Source: Zygnema circumcarinatum SAG 698-1b (lineage: Eukaryota > Plantae > Zygnematophyceae). From it: a stretch of 64,000 bases of DNA. The stretch's first letter is position 1; every line of letters begins with the position of its first letter. Below the pieces are notes generated by a model that had not been told where the DNA came from, did not search any database, and worked only from the letters and a program-made list of their open reading frames with translations. The stretch is from contig CM074820.1 in the NCBI GenBank assembly GCA_037447605.1, forward strand, positions 1,550,001-1,614,000. Direction: 5' to 3'. Shown here in pieces: positions 12,000 through 24,082 of the stretch. A program made the translations under genes and the position numbers.

Positions 12000-13236
12000 G
12001 GCGGCCGCGGACGAGAAGTTCCAGGAGGGATAGAGGGAGGGAGGAAAGGAGAGAGGAAGGAAGGAATGGAAGGAGGTAGAGGGGGAGGAAAGGTGAGTGG
12101 TGGGGAAACTTGTAAGGATGGAGGAGAGTGGGACGAGCTGATGGGGGGGAAGGAGGGAGGGTGGGAGGGAGGGAGGGGGGGTGAAGGCAGGGAGGGAGGG
12201 AGTGGGATAGAGAGAGCGTGAGAGATGGATAGCGGAGGAGAGGAAGGGAAGGAGGAGATAGAGAGAGAGAGTGAGAGGGAGGGAGGGAGGGAGGGAGGGG
12301 GAGGTAGAGCCGCCGTCAGTGCGCCGTCCCCAAATCGGATACCCGTAGAAATGAAGTAAACTGGTCTAACCATTTCTCAACCTGTTCGTAACACGGTCAG
12401 CGACGATTAGAAGACAACATTGATGACGTACTGCCCTGGTCGAATGTCGGATCTTTAAGACCCGCCTCGTACACTATTAATGTCGGTTCCAATGTCGGTG
12501 CGTGTCGGTGGATGTCGGTGGATGTCAGCATTGGCATACTACTTGCAGCATACGACAAGTCAGCACAGACCGCGTCAATCCGAGTCCTACGGACATTACG
12601 TCGGCGACACGCCCTCGCGGCGGCGGATCTTGGACCGTTCGTCTTTCTCGTTTTTTTCGAGGAGCCAAAATTTTTAATTTCTTTGTTTCTGAACCTGTCC
12701 GGGTTCGGATCCCCAGGTGGCCGCCACGCCATACGAACACGATGTACCATCTCCGTACGGCACCAGCTCCGTCTGGTGCTGTAGGCCCGGATGGCGGCCG
12801 CGGGAGGGATCTTCTGTACGGTTGGGCGGTTTGCGGGTGGGATCGCCTGTATGGTTTGGCGGCTTGAGAGTGATCAGCGGCAGTCGGGTCCAATGCAGGC
12901 GATGGTGGACGATGATGTGGCATGACACGAATGGCTGGATGACTTTCAGCAGTACGTCGGCAGGTTGAGCTAGGTCGGTTCCATCCGTCCCTAGGTCGGT
13001 TCATCATCGCCTGAATCGTCCGTGACTGTCAGCAAGCGACAAAAAACCATTCCTTTCTTTTGTCGTTTTTTCAATCCAACTACTCGGCGCATTAAATACG
13101 TTACTTATGGAATTTCTGTCGTCAGTTAACGAATCAGATCATGCCACGTCCTTTTCTCGTCATTTTGCAGAGCTCTGATTGGCTCGGTCGTTAGCTTTTT
13201 TTGCCGCGTACCTTCCAAGCGACGACCTTAAATTTT

Positions 13237-14122
13237 GGGTAACTCTACTGCACCCCCGCGTTTTGTCTTTCGCACCCCCGTTTTGAAAAATTTTCCTGCC
13301 CGTTTTGGTTATCCCCCAGTTTTGAATATTTCGGGAATTTTTTTTTTTCCCGCCCCTTTCGTCCCCTCCGCTGCCCCCCCTCGAACCATTGCGGTTGCAA
13401 AACCCTCCCCCGGTTATGAAGGAACGAGGTCGACCTTCTGGCGCGCGCAGTTTGGCAATCAGCCGGGACAAGAGCTATTTCGAGTACGTTGAAGGGAAAA
13501 AATGTTCCAATTGCAAGCAAACAGGCCACAATTTAAGATCTTGCCTTAATTAGGGGTAACCTGAAAACAGAGAGTAACAGTTGCCCAACATTGGTGACCT
13601 TTGCAGTTGTGTTTAAGGTTGCGTTTTTGTACTTAAGTTTAGTTTAGTTTAGTTTTTTGTTCCTAGTTTTTTTATTTTGTGCTTGTTTCATTTGCGAGTA
13701 ATTTCTTGTGGTTCCCATGTTGACTTCGTCCATGTTTATTTGATGGCCTCACCATCTTGAGACCAATGCAAATCCCTTTTCTTTTGTCGCACATTGTTGG
13801 AAGTCAATAGTGAAAAGGAGAAAACGAGGGGATGGAATGTCCAAAAAATAATGAAGGGATGGGGAATGATAACAACCGAACTCGACACCTCCCGGTACTC
13901 ACCCATGAACTTTACCGTTAAAAGGCAACCACGGACATAAACAAACGATTATGCATTTACTTTTATCGCGTTTCGCAACAGGGGGCAGCGGAGGGGACGA
14001 AAGGGGCGGGAAAAAGATTTTTTCCCGAAATATTCAAAACTGGGAGGTAACCAAACCGGGCAGGAAAATTTTTCAAAACGGGGGTGCGAAAGACAAAACG
14101 CGGGGGTGCAGTAGAGTTACCC
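13237..14122. mobile_element. Non-autonomous TIR DNA transposon (MITE; Mutator-like long TIRs) with 8-bp TSD
   Basis: Left end GGGTAACTCTACTGCACCCCCGCGTTTTGTCTTTCGCACCCCCGTTTTGAAAA... is the reverse complement of the right end ...TTTTCAAAACGGGGGTGCGAAAGACAAAACGCGGGGGTGCAGTAGAGTTACCC over about 140 bp. TAAATTTT occurs directly before (13229-13236) and after (14123-14130). No transposase ORF inside. Confidence 0.85.
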
Positions 14123-15592
14123 TAAATTTTTAAGCACGAGCGGGCGCGGATCGAGTCTCGGATTTGTCAACTCGATTTTGCAGCGAATCGCGGGGTCGTC
14201 AACTGGCAGTAGCGGCCACTTGCGGGCGACGGATCCAATCGCAGGTGCGGCACTTAAAATGTACGGTTCTGAAATTGTCCGTGTGAAGACGACAAACTTT
14301 AATTCTGTCCATAAATGCAGCCGTACTGTTCTTTTGGAGTAGGGCGGTGGCTGACGATGTAGCTTGTCGGTTAGCGTGGTTGAGGTTCCATGCTGACGGC
14401 CATCCAGTTCAAAGCCGTTTCACGCGGCGCGTCCGATCCAACGCGACACGCACTGTTCCAGTTCTTGTGCACGGTTAACAAACTGACACGTGGCAGTGTT
14501 TTATTGGATGACTGTGGAGGTTAATTTTATCATTTTCTTACCAAAGGATGTAGAATTCGCTGACGATACAATACGTCTGCATCTAACGATCTGCTGACAT
14601 CAGCACTCGGTTTGCGGGTTTTTTTGCAGCCAACCGGTTTTAGCGCCGCCGTGGAGCCGCGAGGGAGAGGGAGAGGTGGGAGGGGAGAGGGAGGGAGAGG
14701 AGGAAGGGGAGAGGAGGGAGGGAGAGGAGGAAGGGGAGAGGAGGGAGGGAGAGGAGGAAGGGGAGAGGAGGGAGGGAGAGGAGGGAGGGGAGAGGAGGGA
14801 GGGAGAGGAGGTAGGGAGAGGAGGGAGGGGAGAGGAGGGATTGGAGAGGAGGGAAGGAGAGGAGCAAGGGGAGAGGAGGGAGGGAGAGGAGGGAGGGAAA
14901 AGAGGGCGGGGAGAGGAGGGAGGGAGAGGAGGGAGGGAGAGGAGCGAGGGGAGAGAAGGGAGGGAGAGGAGGGAGGGAGAGGAGGGCGGGGAGAGGAGGG
15001 CGGAACTAAAGGAAAGGCAAAATTAGCCGAGGTGAGGAAGAATGGCAGAGGAGGGGAAGGTAGGGAGAGGGAGGGAGGGAATGAGAGAGGAGGGAGGGAG
15101 GGAAGGAGGGGAGTGAGTTTTCAGTTGAGACTATGGGACTAAATTCTTTCAAGAAAACACGAATAATCGGATCCCATACCAACATGATCCCCTCTTCACG
15201 CACTTTCACCTATACTTTCTTTCTTTCTCCCTCTCTCTCCTTCCACTCCCTGTCCTCTCGCTGCTCCTCCCTCTCCCCCTCCCTCCCTCCCTCCCTCCTC
15301 CCTCCCTCCCTCTCCCTCCCTCCCTCCTCCCTCCCTCCCTCCCTCCCTCCCTCCCTCCCTCCCTCCCTCCTCCCTCCCTCCTCCCTCCCTCCCTTCCTCC
15401 CTCCCTCCCTCCTCCCTCCCTCCCTCCCTTCCTCCCTCCCTCCCTCCCTCCCTTCCTCCCTCCCTCCTCCCTCGTCCTCCCTTCCTCCCTCCCTCACTGC
15501 CCCTCCCTCCCTCTCTCTCCCTCCCCTGACCTTCCCCTTTTGCTAGCCGACTGGAAGAACCTAACAACAAACCTAAAAGGCTTTCCTGGTCC

Positions 15593-18500
15593 TCATTTTG
15601 TCGTATTCGACCCGTTCCATGCTCTGCTGCGGAACTGAATCAGTTCAATCTGATGAATTCCGCCGTCGAGAAACGGCTGACGGCGTTCCATGCTCTCCAG
15701 TTCCATCCCCTGAAACGGAGCAAGCCCACATGGAACGTCAAATCCTGCTCTCTCCTTACCGCCAAAAGGAACCCTAAAACTCAACTGTTTGAATTTTAAG
15801 CAGGAAACATTCTCACGAGAAGGGAGACAACAAATTTTATTTTTTTTGAATTTTTAAAAAAATTTCATAGTTTACTTTAAGTAAGAAAAAAAAAAAAAAA
15901 ATACCTGTTCCATGGGCGCTTGGACCTGCATCAGTTCTATGAACCGTTCCCTGTTTTGAGGACATCGTTCCAACGGATCCGTTACGATCAAATGTGAAAT
16001 TCTCCTGATGTGATTTTTGCCAAAAAAAAAAAAAAAAGGGGGGAAGAATAAAAAAGTGAGCGAATTAGGTTTCGTGGTTTCTGCTCCTTTGGGCACATTC
16101 AGATGAGAAAGAACCAAAAAAGGAAACAAAATCAAATATATGTTTTAACTGCCAATTTTTTTTTATATACCTTTTTGAAAGGAGGCGAGGGACCAGGTCA
16201 GAAATAAGATCCACCGAAAGGGTTTCGTACAATACATCGCACGCCAAAACCTGCCCAAAAAAAAATCAACTTCAGTCTCATCCTCGAAAAAAAAAAATGT
16301 TAAAAACTGACCGTATCTCCTAAAACCGAACCCTAAAAATACATTAAAAAAAAAAAAAAAAAATACTCTTACCACGTCAAAGTCTCTATCGCGAATTTCC
16401 TTGTCGCCCCAATCCACAATTTCCGCCAAAACAATTCGATTTTGGGACAGATTTTCCGTAATATCTTCCACGGTGCTAAATCTCCCCTCTTCTAAACTTG
16501 AAAAATTGGGAGAATTTTTGAACTTTGGAGATGATACGGAATTTGGGGCTAAGTCAAAATTTGAATTTTCTTTCAAAAATGGGATCCAAGGAAGGACCTT
16601 TTCAAGGCTTGCTAGAGACTTGGGCGAAATGTACTCTTCGAATATAGAATGAGTATGGCTCAAAGATTGGGTTTTAGAAGGGAGAGATTTGGGGGGTTTT
16701 AGAGGGAGGTAGAGGGGAAGGTTGGAGGTGAGAGAGGGGAGGTTGGCGTGGAGAGAGAGGAGGGCGCACTGGAGGGCGAGAGCTTCTCGGTCGTATAAAA
16801 CCACCTGAAAGAGAAGGGGGGGAGAAGGAGAGGGGAGGGAGGGAGGGAGGGAGGGAGGGAGGGAGGGAGGGAGGGANNNNNNNNNNGGGAGGGAGGGAGG
16901 GAGGGAGGGAGGGAGGGAGGGTTGGTTACGGTTTAAAGGTCTTAAAACGGACTTAGGACTAAAGTTTTGAAAAGACAAGGTCTGGAAAAGTTAAAATTTT
17001 GAAATTGTAGGGTTCTGAAACAAAGTGTTTCAATGATTAGGCTGTTGTTGACTGATGTTGCTTTGAAAATTAAGAGTTCAACAATTTGAAACTTTGACTT
17101 TTTGGTTTTGATCCTTCAGAAGGTTCAGAGTTCAGGGTTTTGAAGATTTCGGGGTCTTGGAAGTTAAAGTTTTTTTTTTTTAGGAGGAAATGTTTCACAG
17201 TTTCCAGTTTTTAGGGTATTCAGAGTTGTATTTTCCAGATTAGAGTTTTGAAAGCTTCTACTGAAAGGATTTAAAAGAGAGAGAGCGAGGGAGGGTGGGA
17301 AAAAGAGGGAGAGGGAGAGAGAGAGGGAGAAAGAGGGAGGGAGAGGGAGCGAGGGAGAGGGAGAGAGAGAAATAGGGAGGGACGGATCGAGTGAGAGGGA
17401 GAGAGAGAAAGAGAGAGGGAGAGAGAGGGGGAGAGAGAGGGGGAGAGGGAGAGGAAGAGAGAGAGCGAGGGGGGGAGCGAGAGATTTGAAGTCTTCGTGG
17501 TTTCACCTCCCGCGCTCCCGCGAGTGCTGCCGCCAATCCCGGAAGACCTGAAATTTAAAATTTCACAGTTTCATGGAATTCAGTTAAGAACCCTAAAAAC
17601 CCCAAAACTGTAAACAGTAACTGAAGAACATAGGGACTCACAGAACATCAAACTGCAAGACCCCTGAAAACCACCAAATTTGAACATTCAATATTCAAAA
17701 CATTCAACATTCAACATTTCATTTTCGATATTCAATTTCGACTTTGAGTGTTTTAGATATGCAGGGCCTCCCAAAATTTCCGCAAACAGACAACCACATA
17801 TGTCTATGGAACTTAGAGGAAATTTAGGGTCCATGGATAGAGATTAAAATGGTCATAAGTTTACTATTAAACTTCAAACTTAAAACTTAACTAACTTAAC
17901 TTTAAACTTTAAACTTCCACTACTGAATTCAATAGCTGAAATCTGCAATTAAGCAAAGAAGGTTTTACTCACCCAATCCCGCTCCAAGGTCGCATACTCT
18001 TTTCCCCTCCACCAGCTTCGGATTGGCCAAAATCTGCTTCAAAACTCGATTTAAGACTGAATTTCAGAAAACGAAATAAACTCCTTTCTTTAATACACTT
18101 CAATTGTGTAAAGTTCATCATGATGCTTTTCTTTCCTTTTCCTTCAACCCTTTTTTATTCATTTTATTTCATTTTTCTTTATTTTTAGAGCCTGCCTGCC
18201 TGCCTGCCTGACCTCTTCCGCCATAGCCACAGCCGAAGGCCAAACGCGAGCCCAATAGGGATCCCTGTCGAGCCGCTCTGCACTCCAAAATAAAACGACA
18301 AAAAAAGGGGGGGGGGAGAGGGACCGTTGGATCCTCTCTCTCACTCGTGCCCCCTTCCCACTCCCACTCCTTCTCCCACTCCCTCTCGCTCTCCCTCTCC
18401 CACTCTCTCTCCCTCGTCTTCTCCCTTTTCTCTCTGTCTCCCCCTCTCCCTCTCCTTCTCCCTCTCCCTCTCCCTCTCCCACTCTCTCCCTCTTCCTCTC

Positions 18501-19786
18501 CCTTCTCCCCTTCTCTCGCTCCCCCTCTCCCTCTGCCACTCTCTCCCTCTTCCTCTCCATTCTCCCTCTCTCACTCTCTCTCCTTCTCTCCCTCTCGTTC
18601 TCCCTCTCCTACTCCCTCTCCCTCTCCTCCTCCCTCTTTCCCTTCTTCCTCCCTTGGTGTCGTCCATCCGATAAACATTACGAATACAACTGCTACATGC
18701 TCAATAATCATCATGTTCTGCTGAAAAGTCAGTTTCTAGCGACTAAAAAACTTCTTAGCTGAATCGTAATGATATGCTGATAACCGTTTTCATGAACTAA
18801 CTCAACAACAGTAATGAGTGATTCAATCACAACTACTGCACTGACTAACTCATGGTTAACCACGTTATGGACAAACGAAACAGAAAATGGACCTTGTTTG
18901 ATGTACATGTCGATGACTTCGTCCACATCGCTCGGCTGCACAATCTTCACCACCTTTTCACCAATCTTCACCTGCAGAAAATTTGCCAAAAACCAGGAAC
19001 CCTAAAATACGTAAACTGAAAACGAGTCTCAAAAAATCATTTCCTTATTTTCAATCTTCAAGAGGTGCATCGTGAAAATGACCTGTTTCATCTTTGTGCA
19101 AACGCTACATTCATAATCACAATCCTAGAAAATGAGTCAGCCCTAATGAATCTGAAAACCCTACCTTTCCCTACAAACCCTAAAAAACCGAAGAACCTAA
19201 GAAAATCCAAAATGCCCTAGAAAAACTAGTAACCCTGAAACCCTAAATCACTAAATCTACATATTTCTGCACGTCCAGAACTTCAGATATTGTAAGAAAT
19301 TCGTTCAGAAAAGGAAGAAGTGGGAGCTCTTCTGCGCACCTCTCCAACTGTGAGCTCCGGAGCCCAGCCTGCATCACTTTCGTCGTCCTCAACATCATCC
19401 TCATCGTGATGAATGCCCGGCTTTACATCATCCGCCGCCTCATCCTGCATCATGTCTTGGCTTGCAGAAATTGAACTGCTCCTTCTCATGCATCCCCTTC
19501 CCCTTCTTTCCTCTCTCTTTCCTATTACTGCTTGCTTGAAGCCCAAAGCGCAACAAGAAACCCTAAAATGTCTAGGAACCCTAAAATGTTTGATTTCTTC
19601 AGAAACCCTAAAGTTCTCGAGTTTTTCTGAAACCCTAAAGTTCTTGAGAGGTTTGCTTTGTGAATGCTTTATTGCAGCAGCAAATAAAGGTACATTTAAA
19701 ATGGCATTAGGGAAGCTGTTCCTGATAAACTCTTGGTGTACGGACGGCTTGCAAGTGAGAAGCTTTGGAGCATATTTGAGAGCCAT
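15593..19786 (-). CDS. SAM-dependent lysine methyltransferase, Methyltransf_16 (METTL21-like) family, probable organellar transit peptide
   Basis: Exons read VKIGEKVVKIVQPSDVDEVIDMYIKQ|ERLDRDPYWARVWPSAVAMAEE|ILANPKLVEGKRVCDLGAGLG|LPGLAAALAGARE|VVLYDREALALQCALLS...DWGDKEIRDRDFDVV|LACDVLYETLSVD...|...GMELESMERRQPFLDGGIHQIELIQFR...*. The W..S helix, motif I DLGAG.G and the D.LY motif are all present. The start codon is tentative. Confidence 0.85.
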
Positions 19787-20129
19787 GGCTGCTGAGAACC
19801 CTAATCTCCAACCCTAAAATTGAACGATGCAGTTTTTTTTTCTTCTTTTTTTGAAGCACAACCCTGAATAAGAAAGTGAACTGAATTCCTCAAATAAATA
19901 ATTTAAAGGAAGAGTCTTGCGTCTGCTAGGAAAAAAGATGGAAATAATTTGTTGTACGGCAGCTATAAAAAGTACAATTTGCAGCTGAGGATGAGCACCT
20001 CCGCCACAGCTCCTTTTTTTTCCGAAACGTAAATTTCGCCCTCCGAACTGACAAGCAGAACCGTCATAGGAGGCTCCTGCACCATTCCTTCCTTCCTTCC
20101 GCCAAAACCCTAAAGTTGGTCTTTGAACC

Positions 20130-21065
20130 CTCCGCCTGAACCCTGAACCCTGAACCCTAATCCAAACTTAAACCAAAACTCAGAACCCTGAACCCTTACG
20201 CTAATCCAAACCCTAACTCAGAACCCTCTGAACCCTCACCCTAACCCTAACTCAGAACCTTGAATCCTAACCCTAACCCTAACTCAGAACCCTGAACCCT
20301 TACCTTAACCCTAACTCTAACTCAGAACCCTGAATTCTCACCCTAACCCAAACCCTAACTAAGAACCCTGAACCCTTACCCTAACCCAACCCTAACTCAG
20401 AACCCTGAACCCTTATCCTAGCCCTAACCCTAACTCAGAACCCTGAACCCTCATCCTAACCCTAACCCTAACTCAGAACCCTGAACCCTCACCCTAACCC
20501 AAACCCTAACTCAGAACCCTGAACGCTTACCCTAACCCTGACCCTAACTCAGAACACTGATCCTAATCCCAGATCGCGAACCTTATCTCAGAACAATGAG
20601 CCCTAATCCTGCAAGCGGAACCCTAACCCTAAACATTGAATCTGAACCCTGATTCTACGAAACCTAAAATCGTGAACCCTGACTCTAAATCCTGAATCCT
20701 AACCCTAACGTAGAACCTGAACCCTGAATCCTGAATCCTGACCCGAAACCGGGACCCTAATCTTATCCCTGATCCCTGAATCCTAACCCTGAACTCTGAA
20801 TATGAATGCTGACCCTAAAGCCTGAATCCTAACCCTAAAACTGGAACTCTAATTATAAGTCAGAAGCCTAATCCTACAACAAACCTGAACCCTAACCGTA
20901 AACCTAACCCTGACCCTCAACCCTAAGCCAAACCCTAATCCTGAACCCTCACCGCTAAAGTTGGTTGTGTCGCCCGTTTCGCACATTAGCAGCAAAACGA
21001 TCAAAACGTGCTCAAATGAGATGCTTTACCCTCAAACCCTAAAACCTTAAACCCTAAACTCTCAC
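20130..21065. repeat. Degenerate telomere-like satellite (ACCCTA / AACCCTGA / ACTCAGA), C-rich on + strand, ~40-bp higher-order unit in its first half
   Basis: Recurring unit close to aactcagaaccctgaaccct(t/c)accctaaccc(a/t)aaccct, decaying towards 21060. Lies between two divergent genes. Confidence 0.85.
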
Positions 21066-21200
21066 TCTTAACCCAAAAGCATCTGAATGCAGATCATGAC
21101 TTCGCGCAACTAAGTCTTTCATTCAGACTGGAAGTTGAATTCTTTCGGGAAGGCTTGAAGGCTCAACTTCCTGACAAAGCCAAAGAATTGTTACGAAGTT

Positions 21201-23013
21201 ATGGCAAAGGAAAGGGCTAAGCCGCCCTTTTCTCAGCTTATCGCACGTATCAAGGAATCCAAGGTATGAAAAGTGTTCTAGCTTCCTTTGCCTGTGATGG
21301 TGATGATGATGATGATGATGATGATGATGAGGATGAGGATAAGGATGAGGATGATTCACTCATGATTGCTGTAAGGAATTCTGAGTTGCCTTTTGAGCTG
21401 CCAGATCTTTCAGTTGTTTTAGGGTTGTGATATCGTTTCACAGTCATTGCAATCTCCTTGCCAACTGGGTCAAACATTGCCTCTGTCGGCCTTGTTTTTG
21501 CAGCACGTACTGACCAGCGACGAGCGTGTAACGTTTGTCAAGTGTCGGAACCACATTCTGCAAAAATATTTGGGAGGAGCTTTGGTTGGCTTCGGCAGTG
21601 TTTATCTCTGTAAGGGAGTTTGTTCTCTTTTTTCCTTGCTCTATCACGAATCACTATCCTATAAAACTTGCAAAACATCTGCATTTTCTATCCAAGTGAA
21701 CAGCTCTATCTATGTGTATTCTCGCTTGGTTAGAAGTTTGTCAAAAAAAAAAACGTGCAGAGTAATGAATCTGCGATGCTCTGCGCCATTTGAATCTGAT
21801 ATTGAAATAGAAGCCTTTCCTTAGAAATAGAACCGCTATTTCTTGATACCTAAAACCTTTCTTGCAAAAATAGTTTAAAAACCCTAAATACCATATTGTT
21901 TCTCTTTGGGCAGTGCTATCTCGCGGAAATCGGAGGTTTCGGCTTCTTCTAGCTTCAGGTAAGAAGGGACTCGCAAGCTTTAGAAGCCATACAAGATAGA
22001 TGCCTTTCTTTCTGCATGCACAGATCTCTTTTTCTTAACTTCCTGGTCCAACTCCTTCACTGCAAGCTCGAAATTATGAATCAGAAAGACAACACAATAC
22101 AGTGTAATGGAATTGCAAATCCCTTTAACTCTGAACTGTGATGTCGGTGAAACCCTAACCCTAACTTTCTTCCCAATCGCCACAGAACATTGCCCTCTTG
22201 CATATCGGCTTCTTACAAGTTGTGCTGATGATGATAGTATCGCTTTTCAAGTACACACTTGACAATTTTTACGCTGTTTCGCCCCTCGGATTTCATTCCT
22301 TTGTACCTGTTTATACATATATATATATTTATATAAAATCTAGCCCTGCTTAAACTCATGTTTACAGGTGCATCTTGCTCCTTTGCATACGTCAATGGAA
22401 GATTTTGGGAACGAGGTTGTATCGACCATTTTTTGGCCCTTGAAGATAGTCCGGTTGCAGGGGAGCTTATATACATGTAAGTCCAACCAACGACCAACCT
22501 GCTTATCATTCCTTCATTCCTTTATATTTGTCTCTTCCTTTGGAAACTTAGTTTTCCTCCTTAAACCTGCCACGCTGAGTGACGTTTCACAACCATTGGA
22601 ACTCCATGTGAAGCACCCAACAAACCTAATTTTTGCCCCTTCCTTTCATTTTCTATTTTTTTTGTCGTCTTTTTGTCAAGCAGCTTGCAAAAGGACTTTC
22701 CAGAGAACAAGTCTCTAAAGGCTTTTCTAGAGAAGAAGAGAGAGGCAACTTCACAAATGGTTTTTGATGAGGAGGGGGAGAAAGGAATGCGTCGATTACC
22801 ACCTAAAGTCGATATTCTCTCTTCCGATCAAGACCATATGTGGGGGGAAAAGTTGGCTGAAACTCAGAAGCAGGCAGTCGCCGCAGCAGGAGGAAAGAGA
22901 GAAGAGAAAAGAGAGAGAGTGCAGGAGAGTGGAGGGAGGGAGACCCGGCAAGAAAATGTAAGTGGAGGGAGTGTGCGGGAGGTGGGCTGTACTAAGTCAG
23001 AGCTTCGTCCGCC

Positions 23014-23057
<44 letters not shown>

Positions 23058-23382
23058 TCTTTCTCTTTCTCTCTCGTTTCGCTCCCTCCCATTCTGACTC
23101 TCGGTTGCCCTGGTCTTGGTCTTGGTCTTGAATTTCAGTTCTACTGAGTATCCATGCATTCTTTGCGAGCATGGAACCTGGAATCATTTGAAAGCTCAAT
23201 TTACAAAAATTCTATTCTGAACAAACTTCCCGTCTATATGACATTCCACCCCTCCCTCCCTCTCCCCCCCCTCTCTCTCTCTCTTCCCCTCTCTCTCTCC
23301 CTCCCTCTCGCTTCCTCTCTCCCTCTCTCTCCCTCCCTCTCTCCCTCCCTCCCCCACTCTCTCTCTCCCTCTCCCTCCGTAC

Positions 23383-23432
<50 letters not shown>

Positions 23433-24082
23433 GTCGACCTTTTTTTCTCATAGAAAAGCCACCGTCATAACACCCAACCTCACCTGATCTCTGTCCTCAC
23501 GTGCAGTCAGTTGAAAACGACGAACTTTTTTCGGACCCTTTCGGCATACCTGCCTTGTACGAGGAAGAAAGCGACGCACAAAAGACAAAAAACATTAATG
23601 GCAGCAAGCAGAAGAGCGTCGTCTTACGCAAAAGCAGCATGAGTACACCTGAACGGCGAGAGTTCAATCGGAAGCAGTACATCGAGTGGGAGGAGAGAAG
23701 GCAGCGACAGGGAGAGGAAGCTGCCCAAAGCAGGCAAGCTCTCAGCGACCAAGTTCTGAAGATTTGCAGAGTATTTATTTCTAAAAGTTTGGGCTACAAT
23801 TGTAATTAGCGTGTTTTGAGGAATATCATTTGGAATTATTTTGATTGCAGATCCACGTGGCAAAGCAAGAGCGCGAGCTCCCTGGCAGCTGCAGCACCTC
23901 TCAGATGGTTGGAGAGGGGGGAGTGGGAGGAGAGGGAGGGGAGGGAGGAGAGGGAGGAGGGAGAGGAGAGGGAGGAGGGAGAGGAGAGGGAGGAGGGAGA
24001 GGAGAGAAGGCAGGCAGTAGGTTTGCAGCAAGTGTGGAATCGGGAAGCGCGAAAAGTGCTTCGTGGACTTTTGCAGTTATGA
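21201..24082 (+). CDS. Conserved green-plant protein of unknown function with N-terminal hydrophobic segments and an acidic/basic low-complexity tail
   Basis: In-phase exons MAKERAKPPFSQLIARIKESK|HVLTSDERVTFVKCRNHILQKYLGGALVGFGSVYL|LSRGNRRFRLLLAS|GASCSFAYVNGRFWERGCIDHFLALEDSPVAGELIY|LQKDFPENK...|SVENDELFSDPFG...|STWQSK...LLQL*. The LT..E.....C and C.DH.L.L..S....EL patterns resemble an uncharacterised land-plant family (recalled, not searched). Confidence 0.7.

Noticed and set aside
12390-13030. Several overlapping ORFs and a weak flanking inverted repeat (gacgtactgc / gcagtacgtc)
   Set aside because: No protein motif, the inverted repeat is short and degraded, and there is no TSD.
21296-21352. 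Poly-His/poly-Ser ORFs
   Set aside because: (GAT)n microsatellite in intron 1 of the + strand gene.
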